Assembly (NCBI GenBank): GCA_000934665.2
Contig: JYFJ02004021.1
Span: 1-35,590, forward strand
DNA: 35,590 nucleotides
Origin: Catajapyx aquilonaris
Lineage: Eukaryota
Reading direction: 5' to 3'
Every line of letters starts with the position of its first letter. The first letter of the stretch is position 1. Shown piece by piece: positions 12,086 through 24,019 of the stretch. The notes below the pieces were generated by a model that was given only the letters and a program-made list of their open reading frames with translations, did no database searches and was not told the DNA's origin. The position numbers and the translations under genes were made by a program.

Positions 12086-13758
12086 TCTGTGCGTGTATGC
12101 CAGTCAATTTCTTGCACTCATCGCAAGGAGCTTTCGTAACGTACGACCGTCGAAACAATAACATACCTTATGTGTTTATTCCCTTTTTTGCAAAACCTTT
12201 CCCCACAGAGATACGCTAATAACATGGTACCGTATTTTAAATCATTACAGTATTCGACACCTACCCATATCGCAATTTGCCACACAGAACCCACCCCCAA
12301 AAAACTGAACAAATGAAAAATACATTCCATCCAGATTGAACTCATCAAAGTCGAAAATAATGCCACTTCAAATGATGGGAGGCCAGTTCAATTCCCTCCC
12401 ATTCTCCCACGAGATCTGATCCGAACCGAATCGCTGTACCGCCCTACATATAGTTGGCGGCCGAGAAGCCCCGAGCAATCCAAACTGACATTTACTAACA
12501 CTGCTCAAGTGATTGTGGAGTGGATCCTCCCATCTCAAAATGGGCCTTAATAAGAGGAAGCAAGTCTCTCCGGGTGAATTTCAACGTCCCTTTTCTACAA
12601 GAGGACGTGTGGCGGTGGAGAAAATTGTCGATCGGGATAATTTCCTTGCGAATAAATTAATCGCCCCACCCTCCCCCTCTCCAGGCTCTTTACCCCAAGC
12701 CTCCGCAAGGTGTCAGCCCAGCAAGTATGGTAATAGGCCTGAGATCCAAGATGGCAATGAGCCCCCCCCCCCTCCCCTTCAAACCGGGATGTTGGGTGTG
12801 GGTGGGAGGAACTAGGGGGATGGCGGGGCATATTATGTGGGCGGCCGGCCTCTTATTTTGATTCCCCGACTCCCTGTTCCCTTATCGGTAAGGATTTCAT
12901 GCTCAATTCCCCAATTTATGGGCCTTTCAAACGCGCCCAAAGCCCCCATTGAATGGTTAATTAAGTGCCGGGCGCCGTAGGGTGGGTGGAAGGAAGAAGG
13001 CGGGTGAGGAGGAGGGTAAAAGAGGTGGAGAATGGGAGGAAAGGGAGGGGGGGGGGTATTCTTTTTTGGACCCCTTGGGGACATCTACAAGTCGCGGCAA
13101 CGGGGCTTTTTAGGATGGAGCGCCCAACTGGTCCAAGTTGACACCCCTCTCCACTTTATGCAAACGACTCCACGTCAGCTGTGCCGCGAAATTAGGCCAA
13201 AAAATGTCATTTGGGGGGTGGAAGGTATGGGGGGAGAAGAGTACTATTGGCCTGGTGATGGAATTTTTTGGGGGTTCCATTTTGTATGGTAACCTTAATG
13301 AACTGCAGCATGTCGTAACTCTGTTTAATAAGAAGGCTATTCTAATATTCCAAGTAATTGCAGATTGTTATGCACTCTGGCTTTGTAATATCAGTTGGCA
13401 ACGAAATGGAATGTCGGTTAATATTTTTTGGTAAATTTTTAAAGAGATATACCCTGAATTGCGTAGTGTGGTCACAGTTTAGGGCGATTTAGACCTGTGA
13501 AAAACGTACGCGAATAAAACGACGTTATAATCACTTTTGCATCCCTGCACCCTGCAAGTTAGCCTATCGTCAATTACGGACTGGTAATAGGGCCTATTGA
13601 ATTGTCCGTAGGAACGTGTCCTCCATATCTAGATCAAGCAGCTCCAATATCAAAGGCCCATGGGGCAGAACCGCTAATGGACAGGGTGTTCCATCTAAAT
13701 TGTTGGTAGTAATCACTATTAGGAAAGTTCTAACTTGATTTATTATCAGGGAAAAATA

Positions 13759-13998
13759 CTAGGGTGTTCCAAGTTCGTGAGGCCTTTTATAACAGTTATT
13801 TCGCTCACAGCTGTTATTTTTGTAGCTTGTTGTGCCCCTGATCGATTGCCGTCTATTCTATAGCCACTGCTACATTCGAACACCTGATAGTACTGAGACT
13901 GAGGCACCTGGATCGGGGCACAACAAGCTACACAAAAATAACTACTTCGGACGATATCAGTAATAACATAAAACGGCCCACGAACTTGGAATACCCTG
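13759..13998. mobile_element. Tc1/mariner-type MITE, family B copy 1 (CAGGGTGTTCC termini)
   Basis: TA-C(t)AGGGTGTTCCAAGTTCGTG ... CACGAACTTGGAATACCCTG-TA, with inner inverted repeat TGTAGCTTGTTGTGCCCC / GGGGCACAACAAGCTACA. The latter is shared with 34504-34694. Confidence 0.85.
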
Positions 13999-14113
13999 TA
14001 TAGTACATAACCTACTATCAAACCGAATGAAAATCACCCATATTAACCATTATAATGGTAGGGAATCTAGTCTAAAAAAAAGGTAGTCCAACCATTGACC
14101 TTCGCTGCCAATA

Positions 14114-14342
14114 GGCTCATTCACACGGGTGACCTTTAGGTCAGGTAGACATAAGGTCGGGATGCTCGTTCAAACTACCATTAGGCTAATCAGATCATTA
14201 GGAGGGGCCACGAACGCAAAATAGCCCACTGGCCATGGACCTCCTGACCAGCAGAACTACCCTGGCTATGTTCAATACCGAGGCTCCATTATCAAGCTGG
14301 CAGAAAAAAAACCTGGCCAAAAGTAGCCCGTGTGAATGAGCC
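14114..14342. mobile_element. MITE with GGCTCATTCACACGGG terminal inverted repeats (PIF/Harbinger-like ends)
   Basis: Perfect 16-bp TIR extending imperfectly to about 33 bp. TA lies immediately outside both ends. A 3-bp TWA TSD is not cleanly recoverable, so the superfamily is tentative. Confidence 0.75.
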
Positions 14343-15574
14343 TATAACAGTTCCAAGAAGCCAAAATTCTAAGTACTGTAGCTATTGCTGCTTACAGTTC
14401 TCCCCATTGCTATCAGAGTCAATAGTGTGAAATTTCGCTCGCGATTAGCAGACCATAATTAAATTACGCTCCGCAAATTGCTGGAGTCATATATCATTGG
14501 TTCTGACACCATCTGTTGTATATTATAACGTGTGTGTCATCCTGAAGCTTTACGTTCGTATTGGCAGAAATGCATGCACACATCATGTGAATATGCCATT
14601 GGCATCTTGCTAATACCCTGTACACAACAAAGTCAATTACCCCGCATCATGAAAGATTAGGTTTACCTATAAGCAGATAATATCCGTATCTCCCTCCCCC
14701 CATTTAGAAGAGGTCCGCTATAAAATGGGGAGGCAGAAATTGAGGGAGGGCGGGGGAATAGGGGGGGTGCCTGAGCGTGTCCTCGTTTGACCTACCTCCG
14801 AGATAACCTGTGCCGGATGCGCAATTAGCGGCGGGGCTCTTTTGGAGCAAATTCGATTGGGTGCAGCCTAGTTGACGAGGAAACAGGCAGATATCCGGAA
14901 GAAGGTCAAACGCAGGGGGGGGGGGGGATGCAGCCTCCCTAATGGAGAGAAGCAGAGGAGTGGGAAGAAAGGCTGCTAGTAGCTTCCCACTAGGACCATT
15001 ATGGCGCCTCCAAAGCGCCATCATCCGGACCTTTCCAAAGCTCATTACCGCCCGCCCTCTTGGTTTTGTTTGTCCTCGGCGCTCTGATGAGGCCGCCTTT
15101 CGAGGGCCCTTCAAACATCCCCCTAGTCCCGATCAGGGGGAGGCTTGATGCACCAGAAAAACCCCTTCCAGACCAACAAACCTCCCCCACACTCGCTATG
15201 TACTCTTACTCTCAAATGAAACGGAACCCAGTCAAACGGGGGAATGCATCCCCCCCCGTTCAAGTATTCCCCTCCCCCATCCTATTGTGGCGGGGAAACA
15301 TCTCTTCTAGGGAAGAGGAGGGGGGGAGCCAAAGGGGAGAGATGCAGCTTTCATCGCAACACTATACAGCTCCAGCTATGTTCATTGCAAGGAGCTTGCC
15401 GGCATACCGAGCTGAAAACTACAGGCTCAATATAACGTGGATGAAGTTGTAACGTACGTGATCAGGGTAAGAAGCTCGTGATGAGTTTGTTCGTCTCCAG
15501 TTTCGTCTCTGGTGGGTGTTTCACTAGGTCAACTAACCACCCAGGGGGCGCATCATCCTTATTGGGCTAGAACG

Positions 15575-15850
15575 CGCCACTACAGACGGCCGGGGGTGGT
15601 GGCTGGGGGCAGTGGCTGTGTCGCAAAAACAGAGCAGGCAGGCTGAAGGATAGGCGTGTATCCGCAAGGAAGGAAGGTTCGGTTACATCAGGTATGATAC
15701 AGCATACCCCTTCCCCGGCCACATTCGGTCTGTCATTACAAAAAATAATTTAAAGCCATACTTGCATTTTTGCGTTTGCGACACAGCCACTGCCCCCGTC
15801 CACTACTCGCCCTCCCGACTTTTGCGGTGTCTCTCTTCCCTACTCCTTCC
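15575..15850 (-). mobile_element. Dispersed repeat family C copy 2
   Basis: Reverse complement of 7796-8080. Perfect 23-bp inverted repeat GGGGGCAGTGGCTGTGTCGCAAA (15605-15627 / 15775-15797). Confidence 0.8.
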
Positions 15851-16861
15851 CATTATTGTTAGGTGACGGATGCTGTGTAGTAACGGGAGTGCCTTGTATG
15901 CAGATAGCTTGATTGGTTCTGAATTCGCTCATTTGATGCCTAATGGGACAGAATAGTGTTCTGTTCGAGCTGATGAAATGCAAGCTCAATCCTCCGGCAT
16001 GAAAATGGGGCAGGTTTTTAATCGTGTTTTACAGGTGCGCGTTTCGGCGGTGGTGGGCCCTAGTGGTTAAATGGAGAAATCATTTTCAAGTTTCCTTCTG
16101 GGTCCCTTTGGCATTTATTTCCCTTGCCGAATTCTGGAATGAGTTTGGGAGTTCTGACTGTTGATGCCCTTTCAAGCTGTGCGCCTTATTTGGGACTTGC
16201 TGCAATGTATTCCTCAAAAACCGCGTTTATTAGTAAATTAGCGAACAGATTAATCCAGGGATCTTGGAAGCGGGTTTGTTGCCAGTTGTTACATAGTAAC
16301 GAAGGGACATAAATCTATCAAAGTAACTGCCTCATATTACTTGAATAACTGTACTGCAAACATGACTGTAGTGGCATCATGGTAAATTTAAACTGGCAAT
16401 TTTACAACGGCCCACTTAGTGTTGTACAGTACAATGTACGAAACGTTTTTGTTACGTCGTGTAATCATGTTGTAGAAAACAATACCACGGAAAACCTGAC
16501 AATTAGTGCATGCTGTCACATGATTTACACGGAGGCTCGCTGCACAAATTCAGCAGTAATCGAGTCTTACCTTTCTGATGTGACGTCGCTCGTCCAGCAC
16601 ACCGGGTGACATGTCCCACACATGCTACTGATCCAGTCCTCTGACACATGTGGCACGAGGATGATGAGTGGCTAAGCAGTCCATTCGGCGTCGGAAAGGA
16701 ACTCGCTAAATGAGCACTGCAGGAGCAATAGTATGTCACTGACTGAGAGAATGCAGATGGATTTGTTCAGATAGCTATTATGTGTTTTAGTTGTTTTGGG
16801 ATATGCCTATAACATTCTGGGTCGATGACTTTGTTCCGGATATATCTTGGCCGAACCGTAG

Positions 16862-16970
16862 CACTGTCGGCACCGGGATCGAACACTGACCGTTCATAAT
16901 AAGAGTTTCAACTCAAATGCCCTCATATAGGAAAGGAAGAGTATGTACGGTCTAGTCTAAACGGGCCAAA
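16862..16970 (-). mobile_element. Degenerate tRNA-derived SINE head
   Basis: B-box GTTCGATCC (16884-16876). Shares CACTGTC.G..C.GGGATCGAAC and GGAAGAGTATG with the SINE at 34738-34996. The A-box is degenerate. Confidence 0.4.
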
Positions 16971-16991
16971 GCAGCAGCAAGGTCATTATAT

Positions 16992-17221
16992 CATCATCAT
17001 TTACTTCACGGCAAAATAATCCCATAGAGGGGTAGCCAGCGGAGTACAGGTTGCCCCTGTCCCCCTCGTATGACCTACAAAATGACACTCTGGTGGATGG
17101 TCAGGCCACGCAGAGGTTAATGAAAGGGATGAATATGATATAAATGATATGAACACATATACACAAAACGTACAATCATACAATGTAAACAACTAGTAAG
17201 CAGCTGAACGCAGGCGACGGT
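16992..17221 (-). mobile_element. Probable 5'-truncated retroposed insertion with an (ATG)n tail and 10-bp TSD
   Basis: Direct repeat GTCATTATAT at 16982-16991 and 17222-17231. (CAT)3 lies immediately inside the left copy. Confidence 0.4.
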
Positions 17222-20200
17222 GTCATTATATAATATGGACTAATATGACTCCTACATGTCGCATCAAAAATATTGGGTTTTACATTCCCTTTTTGCATTA
17301 CGTTCCACTTTCGGTCTTTAGCGAAGCTCCATCTAATGGAAGGAGAAACAGTTAGTTAAGGGACAATGTTTTCAGGATAACCTATTTCGCCTAGTTTAAT
17401 ATTGCCAATTACAACTAACTCCAATTAGGTTAGGTGTTAGCTGAAGTGCACTCGTGAATAGCGCTGCAACGAGGCAGGCTCTTAATCGGCCTGGGAGTCA
17501 GTTGGGGAGAGGGGGTCAAATATATAGGGTGTGGCTGTTCCTATAAATTTAATTCAGACATTTGCCTGCAATCGCTCTTACACGTATCATGAGTCGTGTT
17601 GCCAATCCTTGCACATAATGCATATGTGTGCATAAGGTAACCAAATTATTACTCTCTGATGATACTAATATAAATGGCAATGCGTGAGTGTTTTAAAAAA
17701 ATATTGTAAAAGCCCACCTGTGATTCCTAGCATTCGTATTTTTGATTGGCCTTTAGTACGATATAAATCCGTTTTGCAGACAAGCTTATTATTCGCTATA
17801 CTGTATATCTTAATGAAATAAGACAAACTCCGCATGTCAATAATAGCGCCACTCTCTCAATATTAGATAACAGAAGCCCTAAAAAGGCATCACTTTCAAA
17901 ACTTCAATAATTCTTTTGGACTTTCTGTAGCAATTTGGAAAATGGCAAAACAACATTCCCAGGTAAGATTTCCACTTTTCCAGCACCATTCCAGTTTTCA
18001 CTTTCGTAATGAACGCTCTTCCCTAGAAATATCGCCAGCCCAAACACAACGAGAGTTCTGGAGATTGCTAATTTACTCTCCGTGTGTACAGTATCTCTTG
18101 AGGAACTCCCACTGCCTTTCTGTCTTACCTCATTCTCATCAATCTGTTGGGCCAATAAACCAGAGTCCTTTCTCATCTCCGCCGCAAAAATGTGCCCACA
18201 ATTGTTTCAACGTTCCAAACACAAGACAGTCAACCATTGTGTCCATTGGACTCCAGACTGGGGCAGACAACATCCCAAAAGGAGTAATCCCATTGAGGCC
18301 TACAGTCGCATCTTGAGCGATTCAATTAGCAGTAATGCCTTGGCTCTGTACATAAGAATGCAGCATCGTCGTTTGGCACCGTCGCTGGGTGATTACATGC
18401 GAACAGTGGGCGTCCCCATCTCCAGCGAGAATACAACGAGTAGATAGGTAGAGTGTATATAGCTTCAGCGGCTGTCTTTCCCTTGGGCTTCGTTTCGGCA
18501 GCTCGATCTAAGGGAAGCCTTGCAAGAACGATATTGAATTTGGAGGATGGCCGTTGGTTGGGCCTAGTATAAACACGGATTTGGAGAGGGGGGAAGGCTG
18601 GGTCAAAAGGGGGAGGTAAAAGTGGCTGGCTTGGGCGCCCCCTCTCCAAAACCGAAAAAGGTCCCGATTGATTCTTCCCTGGGCCGCAGATCTGGAGGAG
18701 CTCGCTCGCTGGCTCAGCCTTCGTTTGCGGCCGGAAATAAAATTGGGCGGAAGGCAGAGTAAGAAGACTGTTTCGGGCCTCACGTCACCACGACGTGCGT
18801 TCCCCTCAAATGGCTCTGCTTTAATCCTATTGTACTCCAGGGAAGGAAAGGCAAGGACTCCAGCATCAGAATTAACTCCACCCTGCCTCCCCTCTTCTTC
18901 TTCTCCCCTTGGCTCTCCCCCCCCCCCCTCCGTCCCCTCCCCATTTCCTGGTCGTGAGGTGGAGGTGGGGAAAGGAAATGATGTTCCTATGCTTAAGATA
19001 AGGACCCCCCATCCGCAGCCTCCCGAATGCACTCTAAATATTCCCATATTCTGGTTGTTACCATTTTCGTGCCAGCACGTGTACGCTATCCGAGGTGTCC
19101 TCTGCTGTATATTAATTACTATTATAATCTACTACCCTCTGCTAATGTAATAAATGTCCAACATTTCAGCCTAGATTAAGACTGTAGATGTAGTGTACAA
19201 GAGTATAAGATGTTCGGCTCGTACAACAAAGGAGTGAAGACGGTTAGAAATGTCGAATTAAGTTGTGTGCCACGTGGATCATATAACGGCTATTTTCCTT
19301 ACATAGTTTTCTGATAAATATTTAAATGTTATTGTCGTAAGCAATTTTCAATGATTTACTCTGATTACTCGGTTACGTTGCACAGGTATCAACATGAACC
19401 TTACGTTACCGACAGCAGGTCGAATGACCCATTTTGCATGATACGTGTGCAGTGAGGCAAGATGCACTCAGCTAAAACCAATGACATGCCATGTAACTGC
19501 AATGAAACGATACTCTTGCTCTGCTGATGATTGATTTAGTAATGCAGGTCAGATGTGAGGGTTTCCCTGTGGACAAGTACATTAAAGTTACCAAGTCAAA
19601 GTTATTACCTTTGAAGTCGAAACTATACTGTGTCTTCCTTTCAAAATGGATAACAAAATTAAGTTGTAAGGAGAATGTATTAAAGAAAAACTTTTTTTCT
19701 ATCTACACAAAGCAGAGTTCATCAGCATGAGATGTTTTTGTTCATATATACCTGAACTCCTGAAAATGTTGGAAAATCTGTACAACTCTGAACCAATTCC
19801 CTACCAGCCTTTTGCTCTCCGCAAAAAAGTTTTCTCTAGTTTACTTACGGCATTGTTGAAGTGATCGATTCTCAGTAAACAGCCTCCAGGCCTCCGCCAG
19901 TATGCGGTAAGAGCAACGTAAAAGATAAGGTGACAAAACCTCGTTAGAATGAAATGCAAATGCTGGTACTAATAGGCTTATGTCTTTAGTCTATTCAAGG
20001 GAACATAGGTCGCAAAGTGAGCAACGTGTTTGTGTGAGAGGGACAAGACTTGTGAAGAGAAGGCCGGAGGTGTTTCCAGAGAGAAATACACAAGACAGAG
20101 AGATGACAATGTTTATTCACTATCATAACGGTACAGCACCGCGATTGGAGGTGTCTGGCCTCCAAACACTCGGAACTTTGGATTCACATTGTGCAACAGA

Positions 20201-20598
20201 CGTCGGATGCGTGAAAAAAGCCGTGTGAACATAGTAATTACGCTCGAAACATTTTGCAGCATGCGAAATGGTCAGGAGGGGGGGGAGATTAGTAAATTAA
20301 TTTTGCAATGTACAAACTAATTGGCACGTAGCATTGTTTGCTGTTATTCGCTCTCATACAAGCCGCGATATTCCTACCTCGTGTTACCCCTCGCGGCCTT
20401 TAACACTATTTATCACATTATTTACATGCGTGGGTAATAAACATGGGAACTAGACGGTTTGCATCATATATTCAACAAGCAAGTGGCAAAGTACCGCGCT
20501 ATAATTACCAGTTTTCATGAACTTCTTGTGTGATAGTTATTATAATCTAATCTAAAGTACATTATATACACATGTCACTCAAAATAGCCACGAACCAA

Positions 20599-20683
20599 TG
20601 GTCTGCCCTCCTAAGCAAGAACGAACTAACTGCCATTTTGCTTTTACGGCAGGTACTGCGTTCTTGTTTGGACGGGCAGACTG
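20599..20683. repeat. ~85-nt imperfect hairpin
   Basis: GTCTGCCCTCCTAAGCAAGAACG (from 20601) pairs with CGTTCTTGTTTGGACGGGCAGAC (to 20681). Inner CTGCC/GGCAG pairing leaves a short loop. Confidence 0.7.
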
Positions 20684-22681
20684 TTTACCCTTCAGTTAAT
20701 GAACGCCAAATTCAACACTATCATGCATGAACTTTACAAACATCCAAAGTGGGAATTTCATGGATCTTTATATATGTCACATGATTGACACGTACACACT
20801 CACACATATTTTTGTGGGTGCAATATTCATTTTTATAGCATTTCTTAGGTAATGGTAGTCCCAATCTCTTCTAATCCTACTTGAGGATACACAAAAAAGT
20901 TTTTCCTATTGTTATGCCATCTAAATGGTACGTCACAGGTCTGGGTCAGGGATAGAAGAGGACTCGATTGTGGAAGTTTTTCCATTCGGTGTTTGGACAC
21001 GTCATGACTATCCAAATTGCAGCAAAATGAGGCTGTAGATTTTCCATGATACAACATTAACAAACGTATAAACGTTATCGACTAGAAGCAAATGCCAATT
21101 ACAGGTCCCTGAGTTTTGTGCGGCGTTTTAATGCAAATGGCTGGCAGATAATTTGTCACAGTGGTGGTTCACTTAGTTCGGATAAATCAATTGCCCCCAG
21201 CATAAGCCTTCTTTAGAACTATATAGCGCCACATTGGCCATTTTTTTCAGGGACAATCTGAAATATTTGTTTTTCAACAACAAACTCAAAAACATGAGAA
21301 AAACTTTATAAAAAAGCACCCAACGTTCATCAGTTTGTAACACACGCTGTTCATGAAAGCATTCCTCATTCTAACGGGTTTTTTCGCAGTCAGAGTTAGA
21401 ATGCAACTTGAAAATTCCGGGCACACGACATCCCTTTCTTGTTTTTCTCAGTATTTACCCCCCCTGACAAGGACTAAATTAGTTTCAAAAGTCAGGGATT
21501 CAATAATTGCGCCTTTGCCGCAAAGAAGGCTTGTGTTTCTTCTACATCGGCCTCCCACGGATACCTCAATTTACAACGTTCAGTTATGCCAACTGACGAC
21601 TCAAAGTGGAAGAACCTGACACACAGCACATATAACCGGGACTAACGTTTAGATAACACACCAGATGCAACTGCGTAATAAACATTAGTGTTTTGTAAAT
21701 TTTTTTTGCAAAATTCTTAGCGCAGGTGAGCTTATTAATAAACATCACAGAAACATCGTAAAATGATTAGCAACTTAAGAGTGGAATGCAAATGGCCGTA
21801 GCGCCTCACTTAAACATAAAAATGAGCAGTCGCATATGATTAGTTGGGCACAACAAACATAGTGGACACCTGTTTTACGGACACACAGGCGCGGCAGATA
21901 GTTTCACAACGTCTGCGGACTGACAAAACACTTTTCAGGTCAAACTACGGTACTGGAAAAAAAAAATGTATGAAACCCCGAGGACGTCCATCATGAGCTT
22001 CGTTCACCGAGCGAAAGCTGCGTTAGTTTCGAATCCAATGCAACTTTTACCGTATGTGTACCTAAACTGCAGCAAACTAACCATTTGAATAATTCTCCCG
22101 AAAAAATTCCAGAATCTCACTCATTTCCCGCGCGGAAATTCTCATACATTAATCAGAGACTGCAGTCATCAAGGGTGGGGGAGGAGGGGGAGGATTGGTT
22201 GTGGGGGGGTCGGCTAAGTCCAATATTTATTTTAATTCGCCCAGCTCGGCCCCCCGGAGGCGATTCCTTTGCAAACTTTCACGCTCGCGATGAAATTCCA
22301 CTAAAAAGTACATATCTGAGGAATTGTATACATTCGCCAAGCTGTGGCAACCAATCAGTGCTGGCGTCGTTAGTCAATCAACCAAATTGCAACGACCTCT
22401 TCGTCCCCCCCTTTTCCCTCCTGCCCTCCCCCTACCCCGCATCCCTTCCCACACATCAGTGAACAAAATTATAATTAATGAACATCAGCCTAGATTCCAC
22501 TCTAACACACCCTGAAGGTGATACATAATAATTAAGGTTACTGAACAACCCCCCCAAACCCTCCCACCCATCCCAACCCCAGTGAACCCCATTACTCTCA
22601 TTCCAGCCTGCAAATCGGCTACATCCGCACTCACCATACTGCCATTTCCTTCTATCCCCCGAACATCTGGCAGCCGCAAGG

Positions 22682-22779
22682 TCATGATGTGTGAAGCGCG
22701 TAATAGAAAGAGTGATAGTTGACTATGCTCATTGTTAGCAGGAAGCACAAGAGAGCACTGGACGCACCCACGTCTCTGC
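22682..22779 (-). CDS. beat: Beat-family Ig protein, terminal coding exon 6 (hydrophobic GPI-signal-like or membrane tail)
   Basis: Acceptor CCTTTTTGCAG|GC, phase 1, after a 105-bp intron. Translates (G)RDVGASSALLCFLLTMSIVNYHSFYYALHTS, ending at TGA 22684-22682. Confidence 0.75.
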
Positions 22780-22828
22780 CTGCAAAAAGGCCAAAAATGG
22801 CGGACTTAGTCAACTGTTGGGATTAGTA

Positions 22829-22880
22829 TGGCCGGGGCCGACCGTAGTGTGGTCGGGGCCGACCGTTGCGTGGTCAGGTC
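22829..22880. repeat. 21-bp tandem repeat (about 2.5 units) in beat intron 5
   Basis: TGGCCGGGGCCGACCGTAGTG / TGGTCGGGGCCGACCGTTGCG / TGGTCAGGTC. Confidence 0.8.
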
Positions 22881-22884
22881 TTAC

Positions 22885-23116
22885 CTGAAGAGGAGTACTT
22901 CTTTGGCCTGTTGAGCTTCTCCTGAACGTGGTAGGAGGCCACGTGTTTCGTCTCCTTGACCCAGAATCCGTCTCCGACATTGGCGGTGCACTTGAGTCGC
23001 ATGGCACCTCCGGGGAAATGCTTGGCGTCTGCTGTGAACCTGAGTCCTAGGACCACGGTCTCCAGTCCATCGGGTTCCAGCCTGGTCTCCCCGCGGTCCA
23101 GATATGATGCGTCAGC
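22885..23116 (-). CDS. beat: Beat-family Ig protein, coding exon 5 (C-terminal half of Ig2 plus stalk)
   Basis: Acceptor TTTGTAG|GCT, phase 0. Translates ADASYLDRGETRLEPDGLETVVLGLRFTADAKHFPGGAMRLKCTANVGDGFWVKETKHVASYHVQEKLNRPKKYSSS, with the Beat pattern GLExxxLGLxF...HF..G.MxLKCxA. Donor CAG|GTAAGA, phase 1. Confidence 0.93.
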
Positions 23117-23348
23117 CTACAAAGTCCACAACAAGCCCCAATCATTCAATTAATCCATTCTGATGTACACGAAGGTGGTTACGCAGCCTGAACCACCTGG
23201 GATGTGCATTACCATTAGTTTCATAAATGCCAAATGAAAACGCTATGTTTACAGTACAGAGATTGTAACCACAAAAGTGCGAATACGAGCCTACAGTATG
23301 AACTGTACGAAAATAATGGCCTATTGGACATATTGGATCAAAACTTAC

Positions 23349-23479
23349 TTGGTTTCCATTGATGTACCAAGTGAGTTTTGGTGCGGGTTTTGCACTGGAT
23401 GAGCAGTTGGCTGAAACACTGTCGGCGACGTTGTACGAAGCCATCAGTCCTCCGATCACAGGGGCTTCCTTCGGGACGG
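23349..23479 (-). CDS. beat: Beat-family Ig protein, coding exon 4 (N-terminal half of Ig2)
   Basis: Acceptor TCTTGCAG|CC, phase 1. Translates (A)VPKEAPVIGGLMASYNVADSVSANCSSSAKPAPKLTWYINGNQ, matching the Beat Ig2 pattern NCxSxxxxPAxxLxWYING. Donor CAA|GTAAGT, phase 0. Confidence 0.95.
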
Positions 23480-23742
23480 CTGCAAGACCAAGTCAATACC
23501 AGCCTCATTTACTCTGCGGACACTGATGTTGAAGTATTCATTGCTATCAGTGCAATTGATTATCCTTTCGGTACTGCGACGTGCGCAAACGTACGGTAAT
23601 GAGAATAAACACATCTATTTTTACTCACGTCAGTACATTATTAAAAATTTTGGATACCAGGTACTGTACAGTACGGATAAATAAGTCAGGGACCAATAGT
23701 TGCACGTTTCATCTGGTTTACTGGAGAAGCCGAAACAACTAA

Positions 23743-23875
23743 AGACCGGTTTACGCCCGTCACGATTTAAGCCTCGGTCGCACGACCAGATGCTTTGCGA
23801 CAGACCCATTTTTGTCGGTCGAAAAGCGTCTGGTCGTGCGACCGAGGCTCAAATTGTGAGGGCGTAAACAGACCT
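23743..23875. mobile_element. PIF/Harbinger-type palindromic MITE (133 bp) in beat intron 3
   Basis: AGACCGGTTTACGCCC...GGGCGTAAACAGACCT, near-palindromic throughout (for example GCCTCGGTCGCACGACCAGA / TCTGGTCGTGCGACCGAGGC). TAA target duplication at 23740-23742 and 23876-23878. Confidence 0.85.
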
Positions 23876-24019
23876 TAAGACCGTCAAATGTCCTATACTA
23901 CCGACATCTGGCATTCCGGCGAACTGGATCTTTTCACAAATGTCCGAATCTTTTTTTCTCTGTACAGTACCATATGAATAATCATCCTCACTGATTAGCA
24001 TGTCGTCCTATCCACCTAC

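Noticed and set aside
15536..15552. CTCF-like motif CACCCAGGGGGCGC
   Set aside because: The 5' half deviates from the consensus, and a single motif match is not evidence.
18082..19150. Overlapping 107-179 aa ORFs on both strands
   Set aside because: Low-complexity Pro/Gly/Ser-rich translations of G/C-run DNA with no domain signal.
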